In this document: positions 23,503-24,217 of the stretch, in pieces
How positions within the stretch are numbered: position 1 is the stretch's first letter
Layout of the letters: the number at the start of each line of letters is the position of its first letter
DNA from: Planctomycetales bacterium
GTDB lineage: Bacteria > Planctomycetota > Planctomycetia > Gemmatales > Gemmataceae
NCBI GenBank assembly: GCA_020054355.1
Contig: JAGVLI010000732.1
Coordinates: 1 to 24,217 of the forward strand
Length of the DNA stretch: 24,217 nt
Direction of reading: 5' to 3'
Translations under genes and position numbers: made by a program
The notes under the pieces: model-generated
Told to the model about the DNA's origin: nothing
Database searches by the model: none
The model's input: only the letters and a program-made list of their open reading frames with translations

Positions 23503-23907
23503 ATGAGTGAAATCTTTCGACAGCAGTGGTGGGCTTGGGCAGCGGCAGTCCCCTTGCTCCTGGCCGGATGTGGTCAAGGTCCGGTTGCCTCCGGCACTAA
23601 GACCGCTCCTCCGACCACGCCCACGACCTCCCCGGTCAATGCCGAGGAGGAAGCCTACATCAAGGAAGCCCGGGCGGAACTCAGCCCCGACGACCGTCGC
23701 CTAGTGGAAGCCCAGGAGTTCTGCCCGCTGATGCCCGACAACCGCCTGGGGGTGATGGGCAAGCCGATTAAAGTCATGGTCGAGGACCAGCCGGTGTTCG
23801 TCTGCTGCAAAGGCTGTATCCGCAAAGCCCAGAAGGATCCCGACAAGACCTTGGCCAAGGTGGAGGAATTCAAAGCCAAGGTGAAGGCTAGCGCGGCAAA
23901 GAATTAA
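23503..23907 (+). CDS. Lipoprotein with a YHS/TRASH-like domain
   Basis: AAGGAG RBS; lipobox LLAG-C; FCPLM...LGVMGKP...VFVCCKGCIRK. Confidence 0.85.
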   Translation: MSEIFRQQWWAWAAAVPLLLAGCGQGPVASGTKTAPPTTPTTSPVNAEEEAYIKEARAELSPDDRRLVEAQEFCPLMPDNRLGVMGKPIKVMVEDQPVFVCCKGCIRKAQKDPDKTLAKVEEFKAKVKASAAKN

Positions 23908-23978
23908 CTTCATGGACTTGGCAGCGGCGCCTGTTGCGCCGGCGGGCCGGTTCAACAAACGTCGAGGAGGGTCTGGTC

Positions 23979-24116
23979 ATGGCGACAGGGAAGTTGCCTT
24001 CATTCGGAAGGTGGTTGCTCGTTCTGTTGCTGGCGCTGGCCCCGGTCCTTGGGGCGGGCTGCCGGAGCACAGGAGGGGGGAGAGGTAGTGACGGTCATGT
24101 GGGACATTCCCATTGA
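23979..24116 (+). CDS. 45-aa His-tailed small lipoprotein
   Basis: GAGGAGG RBS; signal with lipobox LGAG-C; mature peptide CRSTGGGRGSDGHVGHSH. Confidence 0.7.
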   Translation: MATGKLPSFGRWLLVLLLALAPVLGAGCRSTGGGRGSDGHVGHSH

Positions 24117-24153
24117 CCAATTGGATCAGAACCCAAGGAAAGGGGGAGGGGAC

Positions 24154-24217
24154 ATGATCGTAAGGATGCGGCATATGCAACAACTAGGCCACTGGGGAGT
24201 CGTGGCCCTGGGGCTTC
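24154..24217 (+). CDS. Probable start of the next gene, truncated by the window edge
   Basis: GGAGGGG followed by ATG and an open frame to the end (MIVRMRHMQQLGHWGVVALGL), consistent with a signal peptide. Confidence 0.4.
   Translation, partial: MIVRMRHMQQLGHWGVVALGL

Noticed and set aside
21963-23504. 513-aa minus-strand ORF spanning three genes
   Set aside because: It mirrors plus-strand genes that have strong RBSs and motifs, and its translation has no recognisable domain.
1-24217. Transposase, integrase, tRNA or terminal repeats delimiting the island
   Set aside because: None was recognised in the window, so mobility is not supported directly.

Overview
GC-rich bacterial window, most likely from Planctomycetota (TIGR03000-type domain, family style; inference). 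It contains no rRNA, tRNA, CRISPR array or recognisable transposase. It reads as an accessory copper/heavy-metal island with a respiratory redox module inside it. Order: 5'-truncated group II PLP decarboxylase; a doubly frameshifted C-terminal remnant of a CopA-type P1B ATPase; galT-like nucleotidyltransferase; a YHS-domain protein with cusB and cusA; an alpha-glucan phosphorylase with an N-terminal YHS domain fused in frame; monoheme cytochrome c, a putative beta-barrel outer-membrane protein and a lipoprotein cytochrome c; a His-repeat TIGR03000 protein; a convergent Rieske gene plus cytochrome b fused to three tandem cytochrome c domains; a duplicated Cys-rich protein behind a sigma-54-like promoter; a small membrane protein; an orphan TolC/CusC; and a divergent run of Cys/His-rich exported proteins (two Cys-rich ORFs, two tandem HGG+TRASH paralogs, an exported HMA protein, a TRASH-like lipoprotein and a 45-aa His-tailed lipopeptide). 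The most unusual items are the YHS-phosphorylase fusion, the cytochrome b with three c domains whose Rieske partner has Ser at a canonical Fe-ligand Cys position, and five YHS/TRASH-like domains deployed on different carriers. All calls come from motif recognition by eye; no database search was run.
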